64,000 nt of DNA from Escherichia coli (GTDB lineage: Bacteria > Pseudomonadota > Gammaproteobacteria > Enterobacterales > Enterobacteriaceae): NCBI RefSeq assembly GCF_003334385.1, contig NZ_QOWN01000007.1; one strand, written 5' to 3'. A program made the translations under genes and the position numbers. The notes below the pieces were generated by a model, which saw nothing but the letters and a program-made list of their open reading frames with translations, was not told where the DNA came from and did no database searches. How positions within the stretch are numbered: the first letter of the stretch is position 1; each line of letters opens with the position of its first letter. Below, one piece after another: positions 11,930 to 22,606 of this stretch.

Positions 11930-12829
11930 ATGGCAGAATTTCCCGCCAGCTTACTGATTCTTAATGGCAAAAGTACTGACAATCTACCCTTGCGCGAAGC
12001 AATTATGCTGTTGCGTGAGGAAGGAATGACGATCCATGTGCGGGTCACCTGGGAGAAAGGTGATGCCGCACGATTTGTAGAGGAGGCCCGGAAGTTGGGC
12101 GTCGCAACGGTGATTGCTGGAGGTGGCGATGGCACCATTAATGAAGTTTCTACGGCGTTGATTCAGTGTGAGGGGGATGACATACCCGCGCTGGGAATTT
12201 TACCATTAGGAACCGCCAATGATTTTGCCACCAGCGTAGGGATTCCTGAGGCACTGGATAAGGCGCTGAAACTGGCAATTGCCGGTGACGCCATTGCGAT
12301 AGATATGGCGCAGGTCAACAAACAAACCTGTTTTATTAATATGGCGACAGGCGGATTTGGGACGCGTATTACCACAGAAACGCCGGAAAAATTAAAAGCC
12401 GCGCTGGGTAGCGTCTCTTACATCATTCATGGCTTAATGCGTATGGATACTCTGCAACCGGACCGTTGTGAAATCCGCGGTGAAAACTTTCACTGGCAAG
12501 GTGACGCCCTGGTCATTGGTATTGGTAACGGGCGTCAGGCCGGTGGCGGTCAGCAATTGTGTCCGAACGCGTTAATTAACGATGGCTTGCTGCAACTGCG
12601 CATTTTTACCGGCGATGAAATACTTCCGGCTCTCGTATCAACCTTAAAATCTGACGAAGATAACCCGAATATTATCGAAGGCGCTTCGTCGTGGTTTGAT
12701 ATTCAGGCACCACACGACATCACCTTTAATCTTGATGGCGAACCGTTGAGTGGGCAAAATTTTCATATTGAAATACTTCCGGCAGCGTTGCGTTGCCGTC
12801 TGCCACCAGATTGCCCGCTTTTACGTTAA
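11930..12829 (+). CDS. yegS: Lipid kinase YegS (DAGK-catalytic-domain family, 299 aa)
   Basis: ORF 11930..12829; GGDGT motif ([13 protein letters not shown]) typical of the diacylglycerol-kinase catalytic fold. Confidence 0.85.
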   Translation: MAEFPASLLILNGKSTDNLPLREAIMLLREEGMTIHVRVTWEKGDAARFVEEARKLGVATVIAGGGDGTINEVSTALIQCEGDDIPALGILPLGTANDFATSVGIPEALDKALKLAIAGDAIAIDMAQVNKQTCFINMATGGFGTRITTETPEKLKAALGSVSYIIHGLMRMDTLQPDRCEIRGENFHWQGDALVIGIGNGRQAGGGQQLCPNALINDGLLQLRIFTGDEILPALVSTLKSDEDNPNIIEGASSWFDIQAPHDITFNLDGEPLSGQNFHIEILPAALRCRLPPDCPLLR

Positions 12830-12902
12830 ATAAAAGCAAGCGCAGAAGCAGGATTAGCAGACCGGCATCATCCCTGGGATCTTCTGCGCTCACCCTTTTT
12901 TG

Positions 12903-13556
12903 TTACGCAGCTACGGCTAACGCTGCCAGTAATTCATTCATCGATAAATATCTTGCACTCGCCGCATTAAAGCAGGTTTGTTGGGCATCTTCTGATACCA
13001 CAATGGTGTTTATTCCTGCCGCCTGTGCTGCCTGAAAACCACTCACGCTGTCCTCTATAACCAAACAATCTGCAGCAGACAGTTGCAATTCTCGCAGTGC
13101 AGAAAGATAAACTGCCGGATGGGGTTTCCCATGCTTTTCGTCATCAGCACTACAAATCACCGAAAAATAATGCTGAATATTGAGTTTTGTCAGTACAGCA
13201 TCGATCACCTGGTAAGATGAAGAGGTTGCCAGCGCCAGTTGATAGCCACTCCGGCGCAAAAAAAATAACACGTCCTGAACGCCTGGCATCGCTTCGCCCG
13301 TCCCGGCAATCAACGTAGTGATCAGGCGGCGAATCTCACTTTCCAACAGTGCGGGTTCAATGTGTAAATGACAATATTCACACCAGGTTTGGGCAATCTC
13401 ATCCAGCCTTTTACCTTTAGTCAGTCTTATACACTCTTCGTCACTGACACATGCGCCCCACCTTGCCAGTGCTCCCTTTTGTGCCTCACGCCATAACCCT
13501 TCCGAATCAATGATGACGCCGTCCATATCAAAAATGACTGCTTTACAATTAAACAT
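12903..13556 (-). CDS. HAD-superfamily sugar-phosphatase / beta-phosphoglucomutase-like hydrolase (about 217 aa)
   Basis: ORF 12903..13601 (-); HAD motif I FDMDGVIID near the N-terminus; start chosen at ATG 13556 (MFNCKAVIFDMDGV). Confidence 0.6.
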   Translation of the reverse strand: MFNCKAVIFDMDGVIIDSEGLWREAQKGALARWGACVSDEECIRLTKGKRLDEIAQTWCEYCHLHIEPALLESEIRRLITTLIAGTGEAMPGVQDVLFFLRRSGYQLALATSSSYQVIDAVLTKLNIQHYFSVICSADDEKHGKPHPAVYLSALRELQLSAADCLVIEDSVSGFQAAQAAGINTIVVSEDAQQTCFNAASARYLSMNELLAALAVAA

Positions 13557-13600
13557 TGTTCCTCGCAATAAAGCCTGGCACCACACCAGGCTTGTCGTCA

Positions 13601-14878
13601 TCAGGAAATGGTGGCGGTCTTCCCTTCACACACTTGCTGATTTGAGAATCCCGGTTGTTCGACGCGAATAAACGGGCAAATAATAAACGCTATCACATAC
13701 AGGGTGGTGTAAGCGATAACCACACCAATAGTACTGAAATAAGGCAGAAGTACCACGGCGATTGCCGGAGCAAGGAAGTTGGACAACCCGGCTGAAAGGT
13801 TATAAACCGAAATAGCTGCTCCTTTATGTTTCGGTTCCAGTGCCGGGAAAACGGCTGCCATCGGTACGAATGCAGCAACAAAGATCCCCAGTGCCACCGC
13901 AGGTATCAGCGCCATAGCAAAGTTATGACCGAAATGTTGCGGCATGTAGTAGAACGCCAGGCTTGAAAGCGCCATTCCCACGCAACCAAACCAGCGAACA
14001 ACTTTCATCCAGCCCATTTTCTCTGCCAGCACGCCCCAGAATACGTTAGAGAAGATGGTGGTAAAGAAGAAGACTGCCCAGACCTGCAACCACTCAGAGG
14101 TGGTAAAGCCCAGCTCATCAACAAACATCATCGGCATAATTACGGCGAATCCGAATAAAGATAAGGTGTTGATAATGCGAACAATACTGGAAAGCAAAAT
14201 ATTGCGGTTGGTATAAAGCAAAGTCACCGCACGGCCCAGTTCGCTAAACTTCTCTTTTGTGGTTAGGTTTTGCATATGGCGTGGTGTTTCTACTTTGCGC
14301 ATAGAAATTAACGCAACAGCGCCACCAACCCCACAGAAGGCCAGCGCCAGCCATAATGTTCCCATTTCGCCAATAAGCGGAATGGTAAAACTGGGGATGT
14401 AGCTGCCGAATACGCCGATACCAATAGAGTAAACTGCCCAGAACCAGCCCAGAGCAGCACTGGTGCTGTCACTGCGTACGTTATGGACAATCGCCACAAT
14501 AAAGGCGTAGAGGAACAGCGGATAGGCTAGGCCACGAATACCATAAAACAGCAGGATTAACCCATAGTTCGCCTGCCCCAGACCAAAGACCAGAAACAGC
14601 ACGTGAAATACGCACCACAGCACAAAGCCGATAAACATGGTTTTTTGTGGCGTAATAATTTCGGCAACTACGCCGGAAACCCAGGCGGAAAGCGCTGCCG
14701 CCAGGCCATAGAGCGTAAAGGCAAAGGAGGCTTCTGCAGGCGTGAAACCCAGTGCTTTAATGTAATGCGACAGGAATGCCAGTTCAAAACCGTCTCCGGT
14801 CATAAAGATGGCAATGGCAATATATCCCCACACCAGATTTAAGGGTAATCCCAGCCATTGTTTATTTGTTAACGACAT
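13601..14878 (-). CDS. dalT: Pentitol (D-arabinitol) MFS transporter, DalT-like (about 425 aa)
   Basis: ORF 13601..14920 (-); start chosen at ATG 14878 (MSLTNKQWLGL) by alignment with the paralogous rbtT-like ORF; multi-TM. Confidence 0.7.
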   Translation of the reverse strand: MSLTNKQWLGLPLNLVWGYIAIAIFMTGDGFELAFLSHYIKALGFTPAEASFAFTLYGLAAALSAWVSGVVAEIITPQKTMFIGFVLWCVFHVLFLVFGLGQANYGLILLFYGIRGLAYPLFLYAFIVAIVHNVRSDSTSAALGWFWAVYSIGIGVFGSYIPSFTIPLIGEMGTLWLALAFCGVGGAVALISMRKVETPRHMQNLTTKEKFSELGRAVTLLYTNRNILLSSIVRIINTLSLFGFAVIMPMMFVDELGFTTSEWLQVWAVFFFTTIFSNVFWGVLAEKMGWMKVVRWFGCVGMALSSLAFYYMPQHFGHNFAMALIPAVALGIFVAAFVPMAAVFPALEPKHKGAAISVYNLSAGLSNFLAPAIAVVLLPYFSTIGVVIAYTTLYVIAFIICPFIRVEQPGFSNQQVCEGKTATIS

Positions 14879-14946
14879 AGTGACCTCGTTTGTAGGATAC
14901 AAAACGCCGCTCCGGTGCAAACACCGGAGGGCATTTGTGACAGATG

Positions 14947-16410
14947 TTATTGATTGCGATAGTTCAGGTCGTTGTGATACAGCGCAGTAAACTGCTGATA
15001 TCGTTGCATCAGCGCATTATGACGTTCAGGATCGCTGCGCCAGGTTTTGAAGATTTCAGGTTTTTCACACACTGCCGCCAGTGGTTTTCCCGCAGCAAGA
15101 CAGGCCAGACGCGCGGCTCCCAGCGCCCCACCCGTTTCACCGCCTTTATGCGTCACCACTGGCATATCGAGAATATCGGCCAGTAACTGCGCCCAGAATG
15201 GACTTCTCGCCCCCCCACCTACCAGCGAGCATTGCTCAATTGCCGTACCGCTTTCTTGCAGGACTCGCAGCCCATCGGCAATACCAAAGCTGACGCCTTC
15301 CAGCACTGCATATCCCATTAGCGCACGCTGACTGGAGTGTGTCAGCGCCCAGAACAATCCCCGGGCATGAGGATCGTTATGTGGCGTACGTTCACCAGAA
15401 AGATACGGGAGGAACATCGGTGCACTGGCTTTGTCTGCATCAGAAAGTTGGGCAATCTCTTCCAGTAACTCTGTTTCCGTTACCCCCACCAGACGGCAGA
15501 ACCATTGCAGACAACTGGCGGCACTGAGCATTACACTCATCTGGTGCCATAAATTCGGTAGTACGTGACAGAAAGCATGGACTGCTGATTGCGGCGCAGG
15601 ACGATAGGCATCTGTCACTACAAACAACACCCCGGAAGTTCCCAAAGAAATAAACGCATCTCCGGGAGAAACGGCCCCCACACCAATTGCGCTCACGGCG
15701 TTATCGCCACCGCCACCAGCAACTACAACCGAAGATGTCAGCCCCCAACGGCTGGCAACTTCAGGGGAAAGAGTGGCAGAAACGTCACAACCTTCCACCA
15801 GTTCCGGCATATTCGCCCGTGTCAGGCCACATTTTTCCAGCAACGAATCTGACCAGTCGCGTTTTTCCACGTCGAGCCACAACGTGCCAGCAGAATCCGA
15901 CATATCGGAAATCTTTTGGCCGGTCATTTTGAAACGCAAATAGTCTTTCGGCAGTAAAACGGTGGAAATGCGCGCAAAGTGCTGCGGCTCATGGCGCCGT
16001 ACCCATAGCAATTTGGGGGCGGTAAATCCAGGCATCGCCAGGTTTCCCGCTACCTGATGCAACTCTGGTGCGATCTCTTCCAGCTCCGCACACTCCTGCG
16101 CACTGCGGGTGTCGTTCCATAAAATCGCCGGACGAATCGCCTCTCCTTTTTCATCCAACAGGACGGCACCATGCATTTGACCAGAAAGGCCAATGGCTTT
16201 GATCGCCTGCCAGTGGTGACCGCATTTTTCCCGCAGGGTCGACATTAAATATTCCGTCGCTTCCCACCAGGCTTGCGGCGATTGTTCTGACCAGTGTGGA
16301 TGGGGCCGCTGAATGGTCAGCGGCGCACTATGGGTGGCAACAATTTCATTGTTTTCATCAATGACCAGCGCCTTAACTTCCGATGTGCCCAGATCGATAC
16401 CCAGATACAT
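14947..16410 (-). CDS. dalK: FGGY-family sugar kinase, xylulokinase (DalK/XylB-like, 487 aa)
   Basis: ORF 14947..16410 (-); N-terminal MYLGIDLGTSEVKA FGGY motif. Confidence 0.75.
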   Translation of the reverse strand: MYLGIDLGTSEVKALVIDENNEIVATHSAPLTIQRPHPHWSEQSPQAWWEATEYLMSTLREKCGHHWQAIKAIGLSGQMHGAVLLDEKGEAIRPAILWNDTRSAQECAELEEIAPELHQVAGNLAMPGFTAPKLLWVRRHEPQHFARISTVLLPKDYLRFKMTGQKISDMSDSAGTLWLDVEKRDWSDSLLEKCGLTRANMPELVEGCDVSATLSPEVASRWGLTSSVVVAGGGGDNAVSAIGVGAVSPGDAFISLGTSGVLFVVTDAYRPAPQSAVHAFCHVLPNLWHQMSVMLSAASCLQWFCRLVGVTETELLEEIAQLSDADKASAPMFLPYLSGERTPHNDPHARGLFWALTHSSQRALMGYAVLEGVSFGIADGLRVLQESGTAIEQCSLVGGGARSPFWAQLLADILDMPVVTHKGGETGGALGAARLACLAAGKPLAAVCEKPEIFKTWRSDPERHNALMQRYQQFTALYHNDLNYRNQ

Positions 16411-16423
16411 AACCGCCTCCTGG

Positions 16424-17791
16424 TTAGTTAATTAACGCGTAGACGTCAGCGATTTTTTCGCGCAACAACGCGGCAAAATCTTCACGTTCGGTTAAATCGC
16501 CAAACAGCGCTTTATCACTGGCATAAACAGCGACGGGATCGGCAGACTGGAACATTGCATGGACAGCTGGTGCATCAAGGATGCCATCCTGATATTCATA
16601 GGGCAGTTTGCCGTGATGCCATTGCTCCATGAATACGTAAAACAGTGCAGGTAACATGGCGGTGGCATTCGGGCGAACGCCTCGCTGGTAGCACTCTCGC
16701 AGTGTGGGGGCAATCATCGCCGGAATTTTCGAGAAACCATCCGCAGCGACGCGTTGGTTGGTGTCCTGAATATGTGGATTGGTAAAACGCTTGAGTACAA
16801 CATCACGGTAGGTTGGCAAATCGATACCGTTATCGCCCAAGCAAGGAATGACATCTTCCGTCACGTAGCGGTCGGCAATCTGATAGATAAAATCGGTCAT
16901 TGTGCTTTCGTGGATATATTTTTGACCGATTAACGTACCTGCCCAGGCGATGCAACTGTGTGAAGAGTTAAGAATGCGAATCTTCGCCTCTTCATAGGGG
17001 ATTACCGACGCCACCAGTTCGACACCGACCTTCTCCAGTGCCGGACGGACATCACGGAAATTATCTTCCACGACCCACTGGATAAAGGTTTCGCCCATTA
17101 CCGGCGCTTTATCGGCAATACCCGTTTGAGCCTTGATCCGTGCCGGAAGTTCTGCTGCCGGACGAGGCGTAATGCGGTCAACCATGGTATTCGGGCAAGT
17201 GGTATTTGTACTCAGCCAGTCGATGACATCCTGTTTGCCAGTTAGCTGGAGAAACTCAACCAGGCCATCATGGAAACGTTCACCATTATGGCGCACGTTA
17301 TCGCAATTCAGCAGGGTTAGTGGTCCGGCGTTATTTGCCATACGTGCTTCGAGGATACGGGTAATAACACCGTAAATTGTTTTGCATCCCCCTTTAAGAT
17401 CTGCCGCTAAATCAGGATTGTTAACTTCCAGTTTGTGACTGGTATTCAGGTAGTACCCGCCTTCGGTGACGGTGAAAGCAATCACTTTTGTCTTCGGATC
17501 TGCCCCTTCAGCAATCAGCGGTTGTAAATCTGCCTGCCACGGTATCAACTTCTGAATTGAGGTGATCTCTTCATATTCGCTTACCCCTTCCGGGCTGACG
17601 GTTTCCAGCACATAGCGACCTTTCTGTGCACTGAGTGCCTGTACGACATGTTCAGCATCATTACGAATATTGCCCGCAGCAATGCTCCAGCGTTTATCGC
17701 CCATCACCTGCAAACGGTGTAGATACCACGCCTGATGTGCGCGATGAAAAGAACCTAACCCGATGTGCAGCCATGTAAATTGTTCGTTCAT
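16424..17791 (-). CDS. dalD: Mannitol-dehydrogenase-family D-arabinitol 4-dehydrogenase (DalD-like, about 455 aa)
   Basis: ORF 16424..17836 (-); start chosen at ATG 17791 preceded by GGAG; N-terminal [13 protein letters not shown] nucleotide-binding motif. Confidence 0.75.
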   Translation of the reverse strand: MNEQFTWLHIGLGSFHRAHQAWYLHRLQVMGDKRWSIAAGNIRNDAEHVVQALSAQKGRYVLETVSPEGVSEYEEITSIQKLIPWQADLQPLIAEGADPKTKVIAFTVTEGGYYLNTSHKLEVNNPDLAADLKGGCKTIYGVITRILEARMANNAGPLTLLNCDNVRHNGERFHDGLVEFLQLTGKQDVIDWLSTNTTCPNTMVDRITPRPAAELPARIKAQTGIADKAPVMGETFIQWVVEDNFRDVRPALEKVGVELVASVIPYEEAKIRILNSSHSCIAWAGTLIGQKYIHESTMTDFIYQIADRYVTEDVIPCLGDNGIDLPTYRDVVLKRFTNPHIQDTNQRVAADGFSKIPAMIAPTLRECYQRGVRPNATAMLPALFYVFMEQWHHGKLPYEYQDGILDAPAVHAMFQSADPVAVYASDKALFGDLTEREDFAALLREKIADVYALIN

Positions 17792-18003
17792 TGTTTCGTT
17801 CTCCATTGACGTTATGGCTGAACTGTAATCGAACATTTGAGTTAATTAAGAGCGTTAGATCACAAAAGAACAATTGACCAAAAAAATTACAAATGACCAA
17901 ATCAAAGCAATAAACTTGCCTCGCGGTAAAGCTATGGCCAAAATGACGCTAATCAGTTGCGGGATTTTCACGATTCCGCACGCCACTTTTGAGGTAGGGA
18001 AAC

Positions 18004-18945
18004 GTGAACAAAGAAGATGACATCAGGCTCGATCAAAAAGTACGGGCGGCATGGATGTACTACATTGCCGGACTTAATCAGAGTGAAATCGCAAGTCAGT
18101 TAGGTACTTCACGGCCAGTGGTTCAACGCCTGATAGCAGCAGCGAAAGACGAAGGGATTGTGTCGATTGGATTGCATCATCCGGTTGCCAACTGTCTCGA
18201 TTATGCCCAACTGTTAAAGGAAAAGTACCAATTAACCGACTGCAATATTATGCCGGTTTACAGTATTGAAAGTACGCTCGACAGCGTGACATTTGGCTGT
18301 TATCAACTGATGGCGCGTTACTTACAGGGTGACAAACCGACCATCGTTGGTATTGGTTCTGGCTTAACGTTGAAGAAAACCATTAAACGTATCGATTTTG
18401 ATAGTCAGAATACCCGCTGTGTGGCGCTGATTAGCGCCATGAATGAACACGGGCAATGTAACTATTACGACGACGTACCGCTGCTTTTGGCGAGAAAAAT
18501 TCAGGGAAAATATTACCAGTGGCCAGCTCCACGCTATGCTCAGTCCCGCGAAGAGTACCAAATGTGGTCAACCAATCGATTGTTCCGCAACGTCTCTACC
18601 GTAGCGCGTGACTCTGATGTTATTTTCGTGGGTATTGGTGCTTTAGGTCGTCAAAGCCCTATTTTCAAAGATGGCTTTATTGATGAGCAGCAACTGGAAG
18701 AGTTAACAGCACGCGGAGGCGTTGGTGAAATCCTCGGACGCTTTATTGATGCTGAAGGCAATGTTGTGGAAAGCCAGATCAACCAGATGATCACCAGCCA
18801 TGATATCCGCGAAAGCAACTGCCCACGTATCGCAGCTGCCTGTGGTGAGGATAAACGTCCGGCGATCCTCGCAGCATTAAAAGGTGGGTGGATCAACGGT
18901 CTGGTCACCGATGAACACACCGCACGCTGGTTGCTGACACGTTAA
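18004..18945 (+). CDS. dalR: SorC/DeoR-like sugar-binding transcriptional regulator, divergent from the dal operon (DalR-like, 313 aa)
   Basis: ORF with GTG start at 18004 and GAGGTAGGG upstream; N-terminal HTH (LNQSEIASQLGTSRPVVQRL) plus sugar-binding-type C-terminus. Confidence 0.65.
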   Translation: MNKEDDIRLDQKVRAAWMYYIAGLNQSEIASQLGTSRPVVQRLIAAAKDEGIVSIGLHHPVANCLDYAQLLKEKYQLTDCNIMPVYSIESTLDSVTFGCYQLMARYLQGDKPTIVGIGSGLTLKKTIKRIDFDSQNTRCVALISAMNEHGQCNYYDDVPLLLARKIQGKYYQWPAPRYAQSREEYQMWSTNRLFRNVSTVARDSDVIFVGIGALGRQSPIFKDGFIDEQQLEELTARGGVGEILGRFIDAEGNVVESQINQMITSHDIRESNCPRIAAACGEDKRPAILAALKGGWINGLVTDEHTARWLLTR

Positions 18946-18947
18946 TC

Positions 18948-19979
18948 TCAGCTGACAACATTCAGGCTCGGAATGAGTTGTGGCGGTATCTCAATGCGAC
19001 GCAGGGTGGTATCGCCAGAATCCACAATTTCAAACACTTTTTCGAGCATGGCGGGTACATCCTGACGAACCATATCGATATCGTGCCCGAGCAGAGAAAC
19101 AAAAGGATCCCAGTCAAAACACCCCATTGGCGGTTGATTGGCTCCCGTCTGCCCGGTTTGCGCCAGCCAGCGAACCACCCCTTCAAGAGAGATTGTCGAG
19201 TTGACGAATAACCCGTGAAGCGATACTGCAGAGCTTTGGAAGACCTCTTTCAGTAATCCCTCTACGCGAGCAGAAGAGTAGCCGGTAACCAGTTTATGTT
19301 CATCCGGTACGGTTATCCCCAAAGCCTGATGGGCATCGACAAAACCACATAAACGTTCAGCAGTATTGTTATCGCTTATACGTCCACCGACAAAAGTCAA
19401 AGGTGCCAGCTTGCCATAGCGTTTCTGGCTGTTGGCTAAAATTCTTTCCGTCAATAATTTCGCCCCCATATAGTTATCAGAAATGATCGACGGCGCCAGT
19501 GTTCCCGGCAGATCCAGATTCAGTGTCGGTACGCCCGCTTGCTGGCACATTTGGGCTATTTTATCCGGTTGAGTCGCTCCGGTAGCAATGACCCAATCCA
19601 CCTGCCAGGAGAGCATGGCGCGAGCAGCCTCAATTTCCAGTTCTGGCTGTCGCCGCGTACAGGTGATGATTGGCAGTAATCCTCTGGCACGCGCCATCTC
19701 TTCAAATTTTTCGGCAATCGATCCAAAGTATCGGTTGTCATATTTCGGCACAATCATGCCAATAACGTTGGATTTTTTACTGCGCAGTAAACTTGCCTGC
19801 CGATTAATGGCATATCCCTGCTCTTCCGCAATACGGGAGACCTTCTCAGCCAGCTTTGCGCTGATGCGTCGCTTTTTCCAGTTGCCATTCAAAATAGCGC
19901 TTACCGCACTGGCAGAAACGCCGGTTAATTCTGCCAGGTCGTAAATGGTCGTTTTCTTCGTTTTCTCAACGCGTGTCAC
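18948..19979 (-). CDS. rbtR: LacI-family transcriptional regulator, divergent from the ribitol operon (RbtR-like by position, 343 aa)
   Basis: ORF 18948..19979 (-); LacI-type HTH TIYDLAELTGVSASAVSAILNG; symbol assigned by adjacency, not verified. Confidence 0.6.
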   Translation of the reverse strand: MTRVEKTKKTTIYDLAELTGVSASAVSAILNGNWKKRRISAKLAEKVSRIAEEQGYAINRQASLLRSKKSNVIGMIVPKYDNRYFGSIAEKFEEMARARGLLPIITCTRRQPELEIEAARAMLSWQVDWVIATGATQPDKIAQMCQQAGVPTLNLDLPGTLAPSIISDNYMGAKLLTERILANSQKRYGKLAPLTFVGGRISDNNTAERLCGFVDAHQALGITVPDEHKLVTGYSSARVEGLLKEVFQSSAVSLHGLFVNSTISLEGVVRWLAQTGQTGANQPPMGCFDWDPFVSLLGHDIDMVRQDVPAMLEKVFEIVDSGDTTLRRIEIPPQLIPSLNVVS

Positions 19980-20137
19980 AAATTTGCCTCTTCATTTTGA
20001 ATGTCTCTTGCTGAGAATTTAAGCAAGTGCTAGATCTGCTTCATCGATTGAGCAGTTTGCTTCACACGGCAGCTAAATTCCCGTTCAGTGCGTGCAAGCA
20101 AACAGAGACTATAAATTCGCCCTGGTAAAAGGATTAT

Positions 20138-20890
20138 ATGATGAATCACTCTGTGCCCTCTATGAATACTCCCCTTAATGGCAAAGTTGCAGCTATCACT
20201 GGCGCTGCGTCAGGTATTGGCCTGCAATGTGCAAAAACGCTGCTCGATGCAGGAGCAAAGGTAGTATTGATTGACCGGGAAGGCGACAAACTGCACAAGA
20301 TTGTCGCTGAGTTAGGCGAAAACGCGTACGCGCTGCAACTCGATCTCTTCAATAATCAGCAAGTCGATAACATGCTGGCGGACATTATCGAACTGGCGGG
20401 TGGGCTGGATATTTTTCATGCCAATGCAGGCGCTTATATTGGCGGCCCAGTGGCTGAAGGTGATCCAGATGTCTGGGATCGTGTGTTAAATCTGAATATA
20501 AATGCGGCGTTTCGCTGTGTCCGTGCAGTCCTGCCGCATATGATTGCGCAGAGGTCGGGCGATATAATTTTTACCAGTTCCATCGCGGGCGTCGTTCCGG
20601 TTATCTGGGAACCGATCTACACCGCGTCCAAATTTGCCGTTCAGGCATTCGTACACACTACCCGCCGCCAGGTTTCTCAATATGGCGTGCGTGTGGGTGC
20701 GGTGCTGCCAGGACCAGTAGTCACTGCCCTGCTTGATGACTGGCCAAAAGCCAAAATGGAAGAAGCCCTGGCAAATGGTAGCCTGATGCAACCGATTGAA
20801 GTGGCGGAATCAGTATTGTTTATGGTGACCCGCTCGAAAAATGTCACCGTGCGAGATTTAGTGATCCTGCCTGGCAGTGTCGATCTGTAA
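20138..20890 (+). CDS. rbtD: Short-chain dehydrogenase, ribitol 2-dehydrogenase (RbtD-like, 250 aa)
   Basis: SDR motifs TGAASGIG and YTASKFAV; close resemblance to Klebsiella ribitol dehydrogenase as I recall it. Confidence 0.8.
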   Translation: MMNHSVPSMNTPLNGKVAAITGAASGIGLQCAKTLLDAGAKVVLIDREGDKLHKIVAELGENAYALQLDLFNNQQVDNMLADIIELAGGLDIFHANAGAYIGGPVAEGDPDVWDRVLNLNINAAFRCVRAVLPHMIAQRSGDIIFTSSIAGVVPVIWEPIYTASKFAVQAFVHTTRRQVSQYGVRVGAVLPGPVVTALLDDWPKAKMEEALANGSLMQPIEVAESVLFMVTRSKNVTVRDLVILPGSVDL

Positions 20891-20900
20891 GGGCGCAATC

Positions 20901-22505
20901 ATGACAATAACCAAAACCGTTATTGGTGTTGATGTGGGATCAGGCAGTGTCCGCGCCGGGATTTTTGATCTCAACGGATCTCTGCTATCCCATGCCACAG
21001 AAAAAATCACGACTACGCGGCGCAGCGGAAGCCGCGTGGAACAGTCCAGCCAGGAGATCTGGCAGGCGGTCTGTTCATGTATTCGTAATGCGCTCACTCT
21101 GGCAGACGTTTGTGCACAAAGTGTGGCAGGCATCGGTTTTGATGCCACCTGTTCTCTGGTGGTACTGGATAAAAACGGTGATCCATTGCCTGTCAGCCCG
21201 GAAGGAGATGCAAAGCAAAATATCATTGTGTGGATGGATCACCGCGCCACCGAACAAGCAGAGCGAATCAATGCCACTCACCATCCGGTGCTGAACTACG
21301 TCGGTGGTAAAATTTCGCCTGAAATGGAAACACCGAAAATTCTCTGGCTGAAAGAAAATATGCCAGAGATCTACGAACGTGCCGGACAATTTTTCGATCT
21401 GGCCGATTTTCTGACCTGGCGGGCTACCGGTGATTTAGCGCGTTCAGTATGCACTGTTACCTGTAAATGGACGTGGCTGGCACATGAAAATCGCTGGGAT
21501 CCAGATTATTTCCGCACCATTGGCCTTGCAGAGTTAGCGGATGAAGATTTTATTCGCATTGGTCATCATATTGTTTCTCCCGGAACACCTTGTGGAAATG
21601 GTTTAACAGCACAAGCCGCGGCAGAGATGGGATTACTCCCCGGCACACCTGTCGCTGTAGGGTTAATTGATGCTCACGCTGGTGGCATCGGTACGGTTGG
21701 CGTAGAAGGTGGAGCGCTGAACAATCTCGCGTATGTTTTCGGCACTTCTTCATGCACCATGGCATCTACCACTTCTCCCTCGTTTGTACCGGGTGTCTGG
21801 GGGCCGTATTACAGTGCGATGGTTCCAGGTCTGTGGTTAGTTGAAGGCGGGCAAAGTGCTGCGGGAGCAGCTATTGACCAGCTACTTGATTTCCATCCGG
21901 CTGTTGAAGAAGCTCGCGAAATGGCACAACGTGTGAATCAGCCCCTCCCCGTCTGGCTTGCTGATCGAATCCTCGAAAAAACGGCGCAACCATCAGATGC
22001 TGTCGCCCTGGCGAAAGGGCTACACGTGGTGCCGGAATTTCTCGGAAATCGCGCCCCCTTCGCAGATCCTCATGCCAGAGCGGTAATTTGTGGCCTGGGT
22101 ATGGAGCGAGATCTGGATAATTTACTCGCCTTGTATATCGCTGGATTATGCGGAATTGGTTATGGTCTGCGCCAAATTCTCGACGCTCAAACAGCGCAGG
22201 GAGTAGTGAGTAAAAATATCGTTATTAGCGGCGGTGCCGGGCAGCATCCACTGGTACGACAAATTCTGGCAGATACCTGCGGTATTCCGGTCATTACCAC
22301 GCAATGCTGCGAACCGGTTTTATTAGGCTCGGCCATTCTTGGTGCTGTCGCCGGAAATATTGCACCTTCTGTTGGCGAAGCGATGCAACAATTCACCCAT
22401 GTGGATAAATATTATTATCCGCAAGAACGCTATCAATCTCTTCATCATCGTCGATATGAGGCCTATAAGCAGTTGCAGCATACTGCAAAATTACTCAGAG
22501 ACTAA
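20901..22505 (+). CDS. rbtK: FGGY-family D-ribulokinase (RbtK-like, about 534 aa)
   Basis: ORF 20877..22505; ATG at 20901 just after the rbtD stop; IGVDVGSGSVRAG FGGY motif. Confidence 0.75.
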   Translation: MTITKTVIGVDVGSGSVRAGIFDLNGSLLSHATEKITTTRRSGSRVEQSSQEIWQAVCSCIRNALTLADVCAQSVAGIGFDATCSLVVLDKNGDPLPVSPEGDAKQNIIVWMDHRATEQAERINATHHPVLNYVGGKISPEMETPKILWLKENMPEIYERAGQFFDLADFLTWRATGDLARSVCTVTCKWTWLAHENRWDPDYFRTIGLAELADEDFIRIGHHIVSPGTPCGNGLTAQAAAEMGLLPGTPVAVGLIDAHAGGIGTVGVEGGALNNLAYVFGTSSCTMASTTSPSFVPGVWGPYYSAMVPGLWLVEGGQSAAGAAIDQLLDFHPAVEEAREMAQRVNQPLPVWLADRILEKTAQPSDAVALAKGLHVVPEFLGNRAPFADPHARAVICGLGMERDLDNLLALYIAGLCGIGYGLRQILDAQTAQGVVSKNIVISGGAGQHPLVRQILADTCGIPVITTQCCEPVLLGSAILGAVAGNIAPSVGEAMQQFTHVDKYYYPQERYQSLHHRRYEAYKQLQHTAKLLRD

Positions 22506-22606
22506 TTAACCAGCCGCCTGACGCTGTTTTCAGGCAATCACTAATAACGACTCACTCCGGTAATATCCCGGAGTGCATTCATCTGCACCCTAAAAACGAG
22601 GTTTAT

